Below, piece after piece: positions 16,294-23,853 of a stretch of 64,000 nucleotides of DNA. This DNA is from Bdellovibrionales bacterium (GTDB lineage Bacteria > Bdellovibrionota > Bdellovibrionia > Bdellovibrionales > UBA1609): contig JBGSNU010000025.1 in the NCBI GenBank assembly GCA_041739415.1, positions 130,187-194,186 on the forward strand, read 5' to 3'. The notes beneath the pieces are model-generated. The model was not told the DNA's origin. It made no database searches and was given only the letters and a program-made list of their open reading frames with translations. Positions within the stretch are counted from its first letter, which is position 1, and each line of letters begins with the position of its first letter. The position numbers and the translations under genes are program-made.

Positions 16294-17673
16294 TCATTGC
16301 GGGGTCGGTGGGCTTTGTAAGGTGGACTGTCGATGTTTGTAATATTGATAGTTTTTTTCGGGCAGACGGTATTCCACTTTATTTTTAACGAGGTCCGTGC
16401 AGACACTCAATTCCCCCTCGACACACAGAGCGTGTAACCGGCCCAAGTCGACTCGTGCGGCTGCAGGCGCGCGCTTGCTCGAGCTCGAGGCTTTGCCTGC
16501 GAACTTCTGGTGCGTGGAGTGAATGTTAAACCCGAATAGACTTGCTCCAAGCGTGACCACGGCAGCGCCCGCGACAAACCGCAGCTGCAACCATGCACCC
16601 AATTGCTTTTTAAGTTCAGACTCCATGCCATCGCCGAGGAACAGTGTGTGTATACCGTTTGTCGCCATTTGCCCATGCACTTTCAGCTGGGTTTGTGGTG
16701 CCTGTGTAGCGTCCGCTCGGAGCTCTTTGGCGATCGACACGAAGTCCGTCTCCAGTTTTGCAAATCCCGTTGCTTTCGCCACCTCGCCGGCTTGGCGAAA
16801 GGAGGACTTCGTAATGCTTTCGGCAAAAGCTGCCAGTCCGACCTGTTCAATTGAGGTGATCTCCGCGCGTCGTGTTGTGAGATCTCCGCTGGCATACATT
16901 GGCGAGCCAACTTCAATCCAGCTTTCCACCACACGATAGCTTTTGTCGCTCGGGGAGGGTGGGTAGTGTGGGATCAAAGAAAAAAACATACGGTCATAGA
17001 TGTAAACAAAGATCGTAAGGAAAAAAGCCGGCGAAAGCAGTGCGGTTCGGATGACACGTCGAATGATTCCCATAAAATGGCTGAGGAATCGAATGGGCGG
17101 CTTAAACTCCTTGCCCAAGAGATCATTCTTGAGTTCAGGAGAAGCGTCTTTCCAATATTTGACCTCGCGTTGGTGCAGATGGGTCTCTGCATGGGTCGGG
17201 TCAATTTTGACAACGCCAGTCTCGTCGACAAGGTAAAACGGCAAGCTGTGCACGCGTTTGGCAACCGTCTTCCAGCGCGAAGATTGTCCGTAAAAAAGTA
17301 GAAGGGGTCTGGCGTACTGAACCTCACAGGAGTAATAAACAACTTCTTTTTTATTTCGAATCAATTGCGTGGCACCGGCGGGCCAAGTAAAGCCTTGGAG
17401 TTCAACCAATCCTTGCGCGGCAGTGGCGGCCTTGGAACTTGGTGTATCTTCAATCTGTCGTATTCTGCGGTGCTGTTTGATGGCACGCCAGAAAATCGCC
17501 GCTCCGAAAAATAAGATGACGAGTGACATATGCACGGTAAACAACACTCCATGAGTTAGACATCGCGTGGGACTGTAGAGATGGTATCGGCATTTGGCGC
17601 CAGGCATCACCGAACCAAAGGTCGCGATTTCAAAAAAAAGCTTCAGTTTCTCACCTGAATCCGTCGATAGCAC
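16294..17673 (-). CDS. membrane protein with GIDE-like (MUL1-type) domain, function unknown
   Basis: A TM helix is followed by IEDTPSSKAATAAQGLVELQG, resembling the bacterial GIDE-family signature (DTPTSKI..AAQGYVEL.G). More TM segments occur mid-protein and near the C-terminus. The longest ORF (GTG 17673) leaves only 6 nt before the divergent flaG, so ATG at 17607 is a plausible true start. Confidence 0.45.
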   Translation of the reverse strand: MLSTDSGEKLKLFFEIATFGSVMPGAKCRYHLYSPTRCLTHGVLFTVHMSLVILFFGAAIFWRAIKQHRRIRQIEDTPSSKAATAAQGLVELQGFTWPAGATQLIRNKKEVVYYSCEVQYARPLLLFYGQSSRWKTVAKRVHSLPFYLVDETGVVKIDPTHAETHLHQREVKYWKDASPELKNDLLGKEFKPPIRFLSHFMGIIRRVIRTALLSPAFFLTIFVYIYDRMFFSLIPHYPPSPSDKSYRVVESWIEVGSPMYASGDLTTRRAEITSIEQVGLAAFAESITKSSFRQAGEVAKATGFAKLETDFVSIAKELRADATQAPQTQLKVHGQMATNGIHTLFLGDGMESELKKQLGAWLQLRFVAGAAVVTLGASLFGFNIHSTHQKFAGKASSSSKRAPAAARVDLGRLHALCVEGELSVCTDLVKNKVEYRLPEKNYQYYKHRQSTLQSPPTPQ

Positions 17674-17679
17674 TTACGT

Positions 17680-18048
17680 ATGAACATCAAAGGACTCTTG
17701 TCTAATCCCATTCTGCCAATCGAACCCAAAGCGCGGGTTGAGGGTGGATTGCGAACACAAACGAGTACTGATCGCGATGCCGATGGTCGGCACCAAGGGC
17801 AAGAAAAAGAGCAAAAGCACAGCCTGAGCCAACAGGAATTTGACGATTGCATGGTTGCACTTGAAGCCAACGCCGGACTTAAATCCAATGGCCTGGTGCT
17901 TAAGGTCGAGCGAGACGAGGGTGTTCGAGTCGTGTTGATACTCGATCCACAGGGCGGCATCGTCCGTCGTCTATCTGAGGCTCAACTCTGGACTGCCACT
18001 CGCGATAAAGACCGCAAGACCGGTAAGATTCTAGACAAAGCGATGTAG
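17680..18048 (+). CDS. flaG: FlaG-like flagellar protein
   Basis: 122 aa, located directly upstream of fliD-fliS. The C-terminal LVLKVERDEGVRVVLILDPQGGIVRRLSEAQL fits the FlaG pattern. Confidence 0.65.
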   Translation: MNIKGLLSNPILPIEPKARVEGGLRTQTSTDRDADGRHQGQEKEQKHSLSQQEFDDCMVALEANAGLKSNGLVLKVERDEGVRVVLILDPQGGIVRRLSEAQLWTATRDKDRKTGKILDKAM

Positions 18049-18108
18049 CCATTTTATTGACTCACGGTTCTACAGTTTCCATTGCCACAATGGAAGCTGG
18101 AGGAATGA

Positions 18109-19476
18109 ATGGCAATTTCGTTCGGTGGATTGGGCTCCGGTCTGCCACCAAATATTGTTGAGCAATTGATGGAAGCTGAGCGCATGCCGCTCAAGACTAT
18201 CGAGCGCAACAAAGGCAAGCAAGAGAATCGACTCAAGCTTGTACAAGAGCTTGAAACTAAGCTCACTGCCATCACGGGGACCATTGGCGCCCTCGCCTCT
18301 ACTCGCGGCTTCACAGACATGAAATTAAATTCTGGCGACACCAATGTGGTTCAAGGCGCAGTCGATCCAAACGCAGCCGTCAACGGCAGTTGGAACATTG
18401 AAGTGCTGGAGCTGGCGCAAAAAGCCGCAGCGATCACCAATGGATTTCCCGACAAAGATAAATCGCAGGTAGGGGTGGGATACTTTCGCTTCAAGACACC
18501 CGAGGGCAACAAAGAGGTCTACATCAACGGTGAAAACAACACACTCGAAGGTGTGATGAGTGCCATCAACCGCGCCGGCATTGGAGTCAAAGCCTCGATC
18601 ATGAATGACCGCCGCAATCCTGATGCTCCCTACAAGCTGATGATCACTGGTGAGAACCTGGGAGGAGACAACCAGATCTCCTATCCGACTTTGTACTTTC
18701 TCGATGGTGATCAAGATTTGTATTTTGATGAAGAGCGCGTGGCGAAAAACGGTCGAGTCAAAGTCGATGGCTTTGAATTTGAAATTGGAGATAACAAGGT
18801 CACAGATGTGATTCCAGGAGTCACGCTTGAGCTTAAACAAGCCAATCCTGGAAAGACTGTAAACATCAGCGTCAAAGAGGACCAAGAGGTCGTCTCCGGC
18901 AAGGTCAAATCTTTTGTCGATGGGATTAACGGAGTATTGAGTTTTATCCAGTCGCAAAATGCGATGACCAAAGATACCGATACCTCCTCGACTTTGGGTG
19001 GCGACAGTCTTCTGCGCAATACCGAAAATCGCTTGCGCTCCTTGATCCAAAATCCCCAGATGGGAGTTGGATCTACGGTCACTCGAGTATCTCAACTCGG
19101 CATCGTCTTTACTAGAAACGGGACAATTGAGTTTGACGAGAAGCGCTTCAATGAAACCTTGGCTCGGGATCCTCAGTCGGTGCAAAAGTTTTTAGCCGGA
19201 GATGGATTTTCCACCGGCTTCATTGCCAGCCTCAAGCGGGAGGTCAGCACGCTGATGAATTCAGCATTTGGTCCAGTGGCCGTACGCAAGCGATCGCTGC
19301 AAGACAAAATTGGTCAGATGAATCAACAGATTGAAAACAAAGAGCGGCAGCTGACAAAAAAAGAAGAGGTGCTGCGCAACAAGTTTGCTCGACTAGAGGA
19401 GACGATCAGTCGGATGAAAGGCCAGGCGGGTGCCGTCCAAGCTATGGGCATGGGTGGAGGACAAGGCATTGGCTAG
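18109..19476 (+). CDS. fliD: flagellar filament cap protein FliD
   Basis: N-terminal ISFGGLGSGLPPNIVEQLMEAERMPL, a coiled-coil C-terminus and the flaG-fliD-fliS context. Confidence 0.85.
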   Translation: MAISFGGLGSGLPPNIVEQLMEAERMPLKTIERNKGKQENRLKLVQELETKLTAITGTIGALASTRGFTDMKLNSGDTNVVQGAVDPNAAVNGSWNIEVLELAQKAAAITNGFPDKDKSQVGVGYFRFKTPEGNKEVYINGENNTLEGVMSAINRAGIGVKASIMNDRRNPDAPYKLMITGENLGGDNQISYPTLYFLDGDQDLYFDEERVAKNGRVKVDGFEFEIGDNKVTDVIPGVTLELKQANPGKTVNISVKEDQEVVSGKVKSFVDGINGVLSFIQSQNAMTKDTDTSSTLGGDSLLRNTENRLRSLIQNPQMGVGSTVTRVSQLGIVFTRNGTIEFDEKRFNETLARDPQSVQKFLAGDGFSTGFIASLKREVSTLMNSAFGPVAVRKRSLQDKIGQMNQQIENKERQLTKKEEVLRNKFARLEETISRMKGQAGAVQAMGMGGGQGIG

Positions 19477-19539
19477 ATAAAATTGGTTTTGTTAAAAATG
19501 TAGACATTATTTTTAAGTTCTAACAGCAGAATTCCGAGA

Positions 19540-19962
19540 ATGAGGCATATGAAGAACGGGCATTTAAAATACAAGCAGACCTCAGTACAGAGTGCGAGTC
19601 GAGAGAAGCTTCTCTTGCTTCTGTATGAAGGTGCCATTCGCTTTATGAAGCAGGCGCTGATAGCCATTGATAGCAAAGATATTGCCGGTCGCGGATTGAA
19701 CATTGGTCGCGCCTTCGACATCGTCAATGAGCTCAACAATACGCTGAATCACGAGGCCGGCCCAGAGATCGCTAAAAATCTTGAGCAGTTATACATCTTT
19801 ATTACGGAGCAACTCACCCAGTCGAACGCGACCGGGCAGAGAAAACCGCTAGAGGATGCGCTGAAGATTATGGAGACACTGTATGTGGGTTGGGTAGAGG
19901 CAATTGAGAAGATTAAGCGTGAAGAACTGTCAGTCAACAAGGCAAGCGTCGGTAAGGGCTAG
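19540..19962 (+). CDS. fliS: flagellin-specific chaperone FliS
   Basis: YKQTSVQSASREKLLLLLYEGAIRFMKQA and LYIFITEQL are FliS hallmarks. ATG at 19549 is an alternative start. Confidence 0.85.
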   Translation: MRHMKNGHLKYKQTSVQSASREKLLLLLYEGAIRFMKQALIAIDSKDIAGRGLNIGRAFDIVNELNNTLNHEAGPEIAKNLEQLYIFITEQLTQSNATGQRKPLEDALKIMETLYVGWVEAIEKIKREELSVNKASVGKG

Positions 19963-19970
19963 GAGGGCTC

Positions 19971-20396
19971 ATGGAAACTATATTAAATTTACTTAAGGAC
20001 AAGAACTACCATTTGGATAAATTTCGCCAACTCAACGAAACCGAGCTGTTGAATTTCAGCGAGGGAAATTTTGACAACCTCGAGTCATTTTATCAAGCGC
20101 GCGAAACTTTGCTCGATCTCATTCGCTGCATTGATCGATTGGTCGAGGCCGCATCGGCGGCACAGCCCGGCCCTTTGCCAGTTTTAGAGAGTGAAAAAAG
20201 GCAGCTGATTCAGTCGATGAGTGAGAAAAATGAACTGGTCACTCACATCCTCGGACTCGACCTGCAGATTCTGTCAGTTATTGAATTGGCAAAGTCGAAC
20301 ATCATCAAAGAACTTCGTCAGGTTCAAGGCGCCAAAAAGGCAGTTGGTGCCTATAAGTCTGGTGAGGCACCGAACAAACTCGATGAGAAAGTGTGA
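19971..20396 (+). CDS. hypothetical helical protein (possible FliT/FlgN-like chaperone, unproven)
   Basis: Strong RBS AGGAGGG, 141 aa, helical composition, and a position immediately after fliS. No diagnostic motif. Confidence 0.5.
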   Translation: METILNLLKDKNYHLDKFRQLNETELLNFSEGNFDNLESFYQARETLLDLIRCIDRLVEAASAAQPGPLPVLESEKRQLIQSMSEKNELVTHILGLDLQILSVIELAKSNIIKELRQVQGAKKAVGAYKSGEAPNKLDEKV

Positions 20397-20520
20397 CGAG
20401 ACTTTGACGCTGGACTGGTGATTCCGTCCCGACTTGCGTTGGGAAAATCAGGTAGGACAGAGTTTAAAGCCGTTTCAACTTTGGCACCACGGTTGCTCTG
20501 GTAAGTTCCAGGAGGCATCC

Positions 20521-21432
20521 GTGGAAGTCTTAAGACCCTTGTCGAGTCATCGACCTACAACTCAGCCAGTTGACATCTCACCGCCGAGTTCAATTCATCA
20601 GGGACCCCCAATTCAGCTTGAGTTGGAGGATCTTTACTGCATTTTGCAAATTTCTCCGCACGACAGTGTCATCGCTATGGAGTTGGCGCGCCAGCTGGTC
20701 GAGATGAACAGGCATGACGAAGCACTCAAAATTCTTCGCAGTGTGATCAAAATCGACTCTCGATTTGAGTCTGTTTACGCTCTGGCACAGGTCGAGTACG
20801 CTTTAGATCAACTGGATTCATCCCTCCAACACTTTCATGAAGCACTACTAATTGCTGGTGGTGAGCGGCCGGAGCTCTTTGAGATTTTCCGCACCATCGG
20901 CAATATTTTTGTGCGCCAGGGTGACCTCGAGACTGCCGAAGAAAATTACTTTAAGGCGCATCGATTGAAAATGGACTCAGATGTGGTTTGGGTGAATCTC
21001 GGCACTGTCATGATACATCGACAGAATTGGACAGAGGCGGTGGACCGCTTTCGTCGGGCTTTGGCAGTTAACCCAAGCAACGACAAGGCCTGGATCGGTC
21101 TTGCGATTGGCCACCGCATGTTAAGCGATGTGGAACTCGCATGGGGAAATTTAGAAGCCGCAGTTCAGCACAACCCACTGAACGACGTTGCCCTGGTTTT
21201 GGCCCTAGAGTGGGGCGCACAAGAGGGGCGAGAGTTTAGAGTTCTGGAGATGATTCGAACTTTTTTGATCAAGGGCGGTTGGAACGAAAAATTGAGCCTA
21301 GCCTTTTGTTGGCTGAGTTGGCGTCGTGGCGACCAAGATCTCGCACGCCTTGAGCTTGAACGGTTAACGGCTGTGAATCCTCAGAACCTCCGCGCACTGG
21401 AAATGTTAAGCGAAATGCGGGCGGTCTTGTGA
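20521..21432 (+). CDS. TPR-repeat protein
   Basis: Repeated TPR-like units (AEENYFKAHRLKMD, AVDRFRRALAVNPSNDKAW, LERLTAVNPQNLRAL). Start is taken at GTG 20521, which lies 6 nt after AGGAGG; the longest ORF starts at 20434. Confidence 0.7.
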   Translation: MEVLRPLSSHRPTTQPVDISPPSSIHQGPPIQLELEDLYCILQISPHDSVIAMELARQLVEMNRHDEALKILRSVIKIDSRFESVYALAQVEYALDQLDSSLQHFHEALLIAGGERPELFEIFRTIGNIFVRQGDLETAEENYFKAHRLKMDSDVVWVNLGTVMIHRQNWTEAVDRFRRALAVNPSNDKAWIGLAIGHRMLSDVELAWGNLEAAVQHNPLNDVALVLALEWGAQEGREFRVLEMIRTFLIKGGWNEKLSLAFCWLSWRRGDQDLARLELERLTAVNPQNLRALEMLSEMRAVL

Positions 21433-22046
21433 TTGAAAGAGTGCAGTCTCGCAGTGGAAAAGCGGTCATCAAAATAAACGGACGGCATTTGGCGTCGGTC
21501 GTAGAGCCGGTGCTAGAAGCGCGGGCCTGGCTTAGTCGGCGTCGTGAATTTTTAGATCGCGTAAAAACAGTTTTTGTTTTAGGAGCCGGATCTGGCTATC
21601 ACATTCACGAGTTGAGTCTCAATACAGCGGCTCGAATTTTGGTGATTGAGCGGAACTCCGAGTTGTGTGAAGCCGTAAAATCCATTCATCGATTTGATCG
21701 GAGCCGAATTCGCTTTTTGGAGCTAGATCGACCACGGGAATTGCGCGCCTGTGAAGATGTGCGCGTCGGCCTGTGCGGCAGCTTCGTAGTCTTGCAACAT
21801 GCGCCCTCGCAGGCCATGGACCCAGATTTTTATCGCGACTGTCTCGCCCTTCTCGTGGCACGCGATTGGGGAAATCTAAATTGGCAGTGGCAGCTGAACG
21901 GCTTTGCCCCGCTGGAGTCAGAGACTCGAATTCAGTCGCAACGAGACCCCCTGTCTTTGCTGGACCTTGAGCAAACGGAGCTCGTGCAAAATTCGGAAGA
22001 GCGCGAGCGAATGCTGATCAAAGCGTTGAGAGAGTTGTTAAAATGA
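21429..22046 (+). CDS. stand-alone Maf (motility accessory factor) N-terminal-like protein
   Basis: SRSGKAVIKINGRHLASVVEPVLEARAW...VFVLGAGSGYHIHEL resembles the N-terminal region of Maf/PseE-type flagellin glycosyltransferases (s..G.ptl.i.g..lhS.ydP..EA..w ... v.G.GlGyh..eL). Only 205 aa, with no DUF115 catalytic part. GTG start overlaps the upstream stop. Confidence 0.45.
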   Translation: MIERVQSRSGKAVIKINGRHLASVVEPVLEARAWLSRRREFLDRVKTVFVLGAGSGYHIHELSLNTAARILVIERNSELCEAVKSIHRFDRSRIRFLELDRPRELRACEDVRVGLCGSFVVLQHAPSQAMDPDFYRDCLALLVARDWGNLNWQWQLNGFAPLESETRIQSQRDPLSLLDLEQTELVQNSEERERMLIKALRELLK

Positions 22047-23671
22047 AAATCTTGGTGATGAGTCTTTTGCGGATGGGCGATTTTGTGCAGATTATCCCTG
22101 TTCTCAATGGTCTAAAAAGTCAGTTCGCTAAATGTGACATCGATGTGTTGGTGTACAAGTCCACGGCGAGTCTCCAGCCCATGCTGCCCTTGGTGAAACA
22201 CTGGCATGTACTCGATCGCGAGTTGCTGCAAACAGCCTTGGGTCGAGCCGATGTGCCGTTGCTCACTAGCTTTTCGCTCTTGAAAGAGCAGATGGATGAA
22301 ATCAACAGCCACAACTATGATTTAATTATAAATTTGACCCAAACCGTGCAGTCCGGCTGGTTGGCTGGCTACCTTGAGGCTGGTCGACGTTTGGGATTGG
22401 TCACGAATGCCGCTGGCCAATCGCAATTTCATTCTCCCTGGTTTCGCCATCTCAATGAAAATTTGCGACCGGGTTCACCGGATGTGTTTCACTATGCCGA
22501 TCTCTTTTTCTACGGCAGTGGCTTAACAGGTGCGAGTCGGCAATGGAGTTTGCGCGAAACTAGGCATGGCTACGCTGAGGTTATGGCTCTGAATTTGCCA
22601 CCTTCAAATCAGCGCATTGTCTTGCAGTGCCTCACTTCAGACGTCAAAAAAAATTGGTCAGAGGAAAACTGGGTGAGTTTGGTGCAGCGGCTGCGCAAGT
22701 TGCGGCCACACGCTCAGTTCGTGGCTCTGGGGTCACCACACGAGGCGCCAGCCATCGCCAAGACAATTGAACGAGCGGCGGGATGCGGAGTGGTTTTGTA
22801 TCCAGCCATTGTCTCCCTCGAGGGGGCCCATTCACTTTTGCTACGCACGCAGCTTCTGCTAACTGGCGATACGGGGATAAAGCATCTGGCGTTGGCCTCC
22901 AATGTAAAAATTGTCGAGTTGAGCCTTGGCTCCAGCGACCTTTATCGAACCGGTGCCTACGCTCCTGACTCTCTCATTTTGCGAGCGCAAACGGAGTGTG
23001 GACCTTGCCCCCATTCCTCGCCCTGCTCTCAGGTTGAACACACTTGTGGCAGTCAACTTAAGCCCGAGGTTGTGGCAGAGGCCACACATCTGCACTTGCA
23101 AGACGATTGGACCGCTTTGAGCGAACTGGCGCGGCAAAACACTCCTATGCAGTTGTTTAGAACGCGCGTGCTGAAGAGCGGATTTTGGTGGCCTCTGAAT
23201 TTGGCGGGAGTGCAGCGGCAACAAACAGTCCGGCAGCTGATCAACCAGGTCGGGTGGAAGCTGCAGCTGGGATTTAACGAAGTCAGTCCCCTGTTGGCGA
23301 TGGGCTCAGAGTCCCTAAGTTTGCGCCGAGAATTCGATTCCATTTTGCCTCAAGAAAGTGGAGCTGAGCTCCAGCAAGAGCTGCGTTTGCTCGAGTCCGA
23401 AGAAGAACTGGTCGAGACCCGAGCCTTTGAACTCCTAGAGACGGTCAACCGCCGCGCTCCGGCGCTTGGCCAGATTCAAGACTTTCTAAAGAGCCGCGGT
23501 GTTGCCACTTTGTCAAACGATTGGCTTGCAACTGCGCCGCCCGACACAACACAACTCGTGGTGAATATCGAAGGTCTGCGGCGGCTTCAGTCTGAACTTC
23601 TGAGCCAAGGCCGTCTGGCTCAACTCAAATCAAAATTAATTCGAAATTTGCGCACGCAAACGATGGAGTGA
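22043..23671 (+). CDS. GT9-family (heptosyltransferase-like) glycosyltransferase with ~200-aa C-terminal helical extension
   Basis: N-terminal MKILVMSLLRMGDFVQIIPVLNGLK, nucleotide-sugar motif LLTGDTGIKHLALA and a Cys cluster CGPCPHSSPCSQVEHTC. At 542 aa it compares with the ~330-350 aa typical of GT9. There is an ATGA overlap with the upstream gene. Confidence 0.75.
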   Translation: MKILVMSLLRMGDFVQIIPVLNGLKSQFAKCDIDVLVYKSTASLQPMLPLVKHWHVLDRELLQTALGRADVPLLTSFSLLKEQMDEINSHNYDLIINLTQTVQSGWLAGYLEAGRRLGLVTNAAGQSQFHSPWFRHLNENLRPGSPDVFHYADLFFYGSGLTGASRQWSLRETRHGYAEVMALNLPPSNQRIVLQCLTSDVKKNWSEENWVSLVQRLRKLRPHAQFVALGSPHEAPAIAKTIERAAGCGVVLYPAIVSLEGAHSLLLRTQLLLTGDTGIKHLALASNVKIVELSLGSSDLYRTGAYAPDSLILRAQTECGPCPHSSPCSQVEHTCGSQLKPEVVAEATHLHLQDDWTALSELARQNTPMQLFRTRVLKSGFWWPLNLAGVQRQQTVRQLINQVGWKLQLGFNEVSPLLAMGSESLSLRREFDSILPQESGAELQQELRLLESEEELVETRAFELLETVNRRAPALGQIQDFLKSRGVATLSNDWLATAPPDTTQLVVNIEGLRRLQSELLSQGRLAQLKSKLIRNLRTQTME

Positions 23672-23673
23672 AT

Positions 23674-23853
23674 ATGAGCAAAAACGAACAGAACTTAAAA
23701 AAGACTCTGGAGCGACTTGAAGCGTCCACTAAAAAAGTGATTGAGACGCGCGGCTATACAACAGATGCAAAGAATCTAAAAATTTTAGAGGAAATGATCC
23801 GGGAGCAATTGACCAATGCGAATACTCGTTCTGCAGCTCGCTCGATTCGGTGA
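23674..23853 (+). CDS. small helical hypothetical protein between the two GT9 genes
   Basis: ATG at 23674 lies 5 nt after GGAG. About 59 aa, charged and helical. Its end overlaps the next gene start by 38 nt. Confidence 0.35.
   Translation: MSKNEQNLKKTLERLEASTKKVIETRGYTTDAKNLKILEEMIREQLTNANTRSAARSIR

Noticed and set aside
18325-19185. 286-aa minus-strand ORF inside fliD. Similar long antisense ORFs lie at 37259-37876 in rluB, 35863-36378 in smpB, 14352-14966 in hrpB, 54645-55298 in ftsI and 3716-4123 in the patatin gene.
   Set aside because: Each lies entirely inside a gene with strong family motifs on the other strand and has no motif or RBS of its own. These are typical shadow ORFs.
22994-23053. 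Cys cluster CGPCPHSSPCSQVEHTC in GT9 number 1, considered as a TibC-like iron-finger indicating protein glycosylation.
   Set aside because: From memory, ordinary LPS heptosyltransferases of the WaaF type carry a similar C..C......C cluster at this position. It is therefore not diagnostic for a protein substrate.
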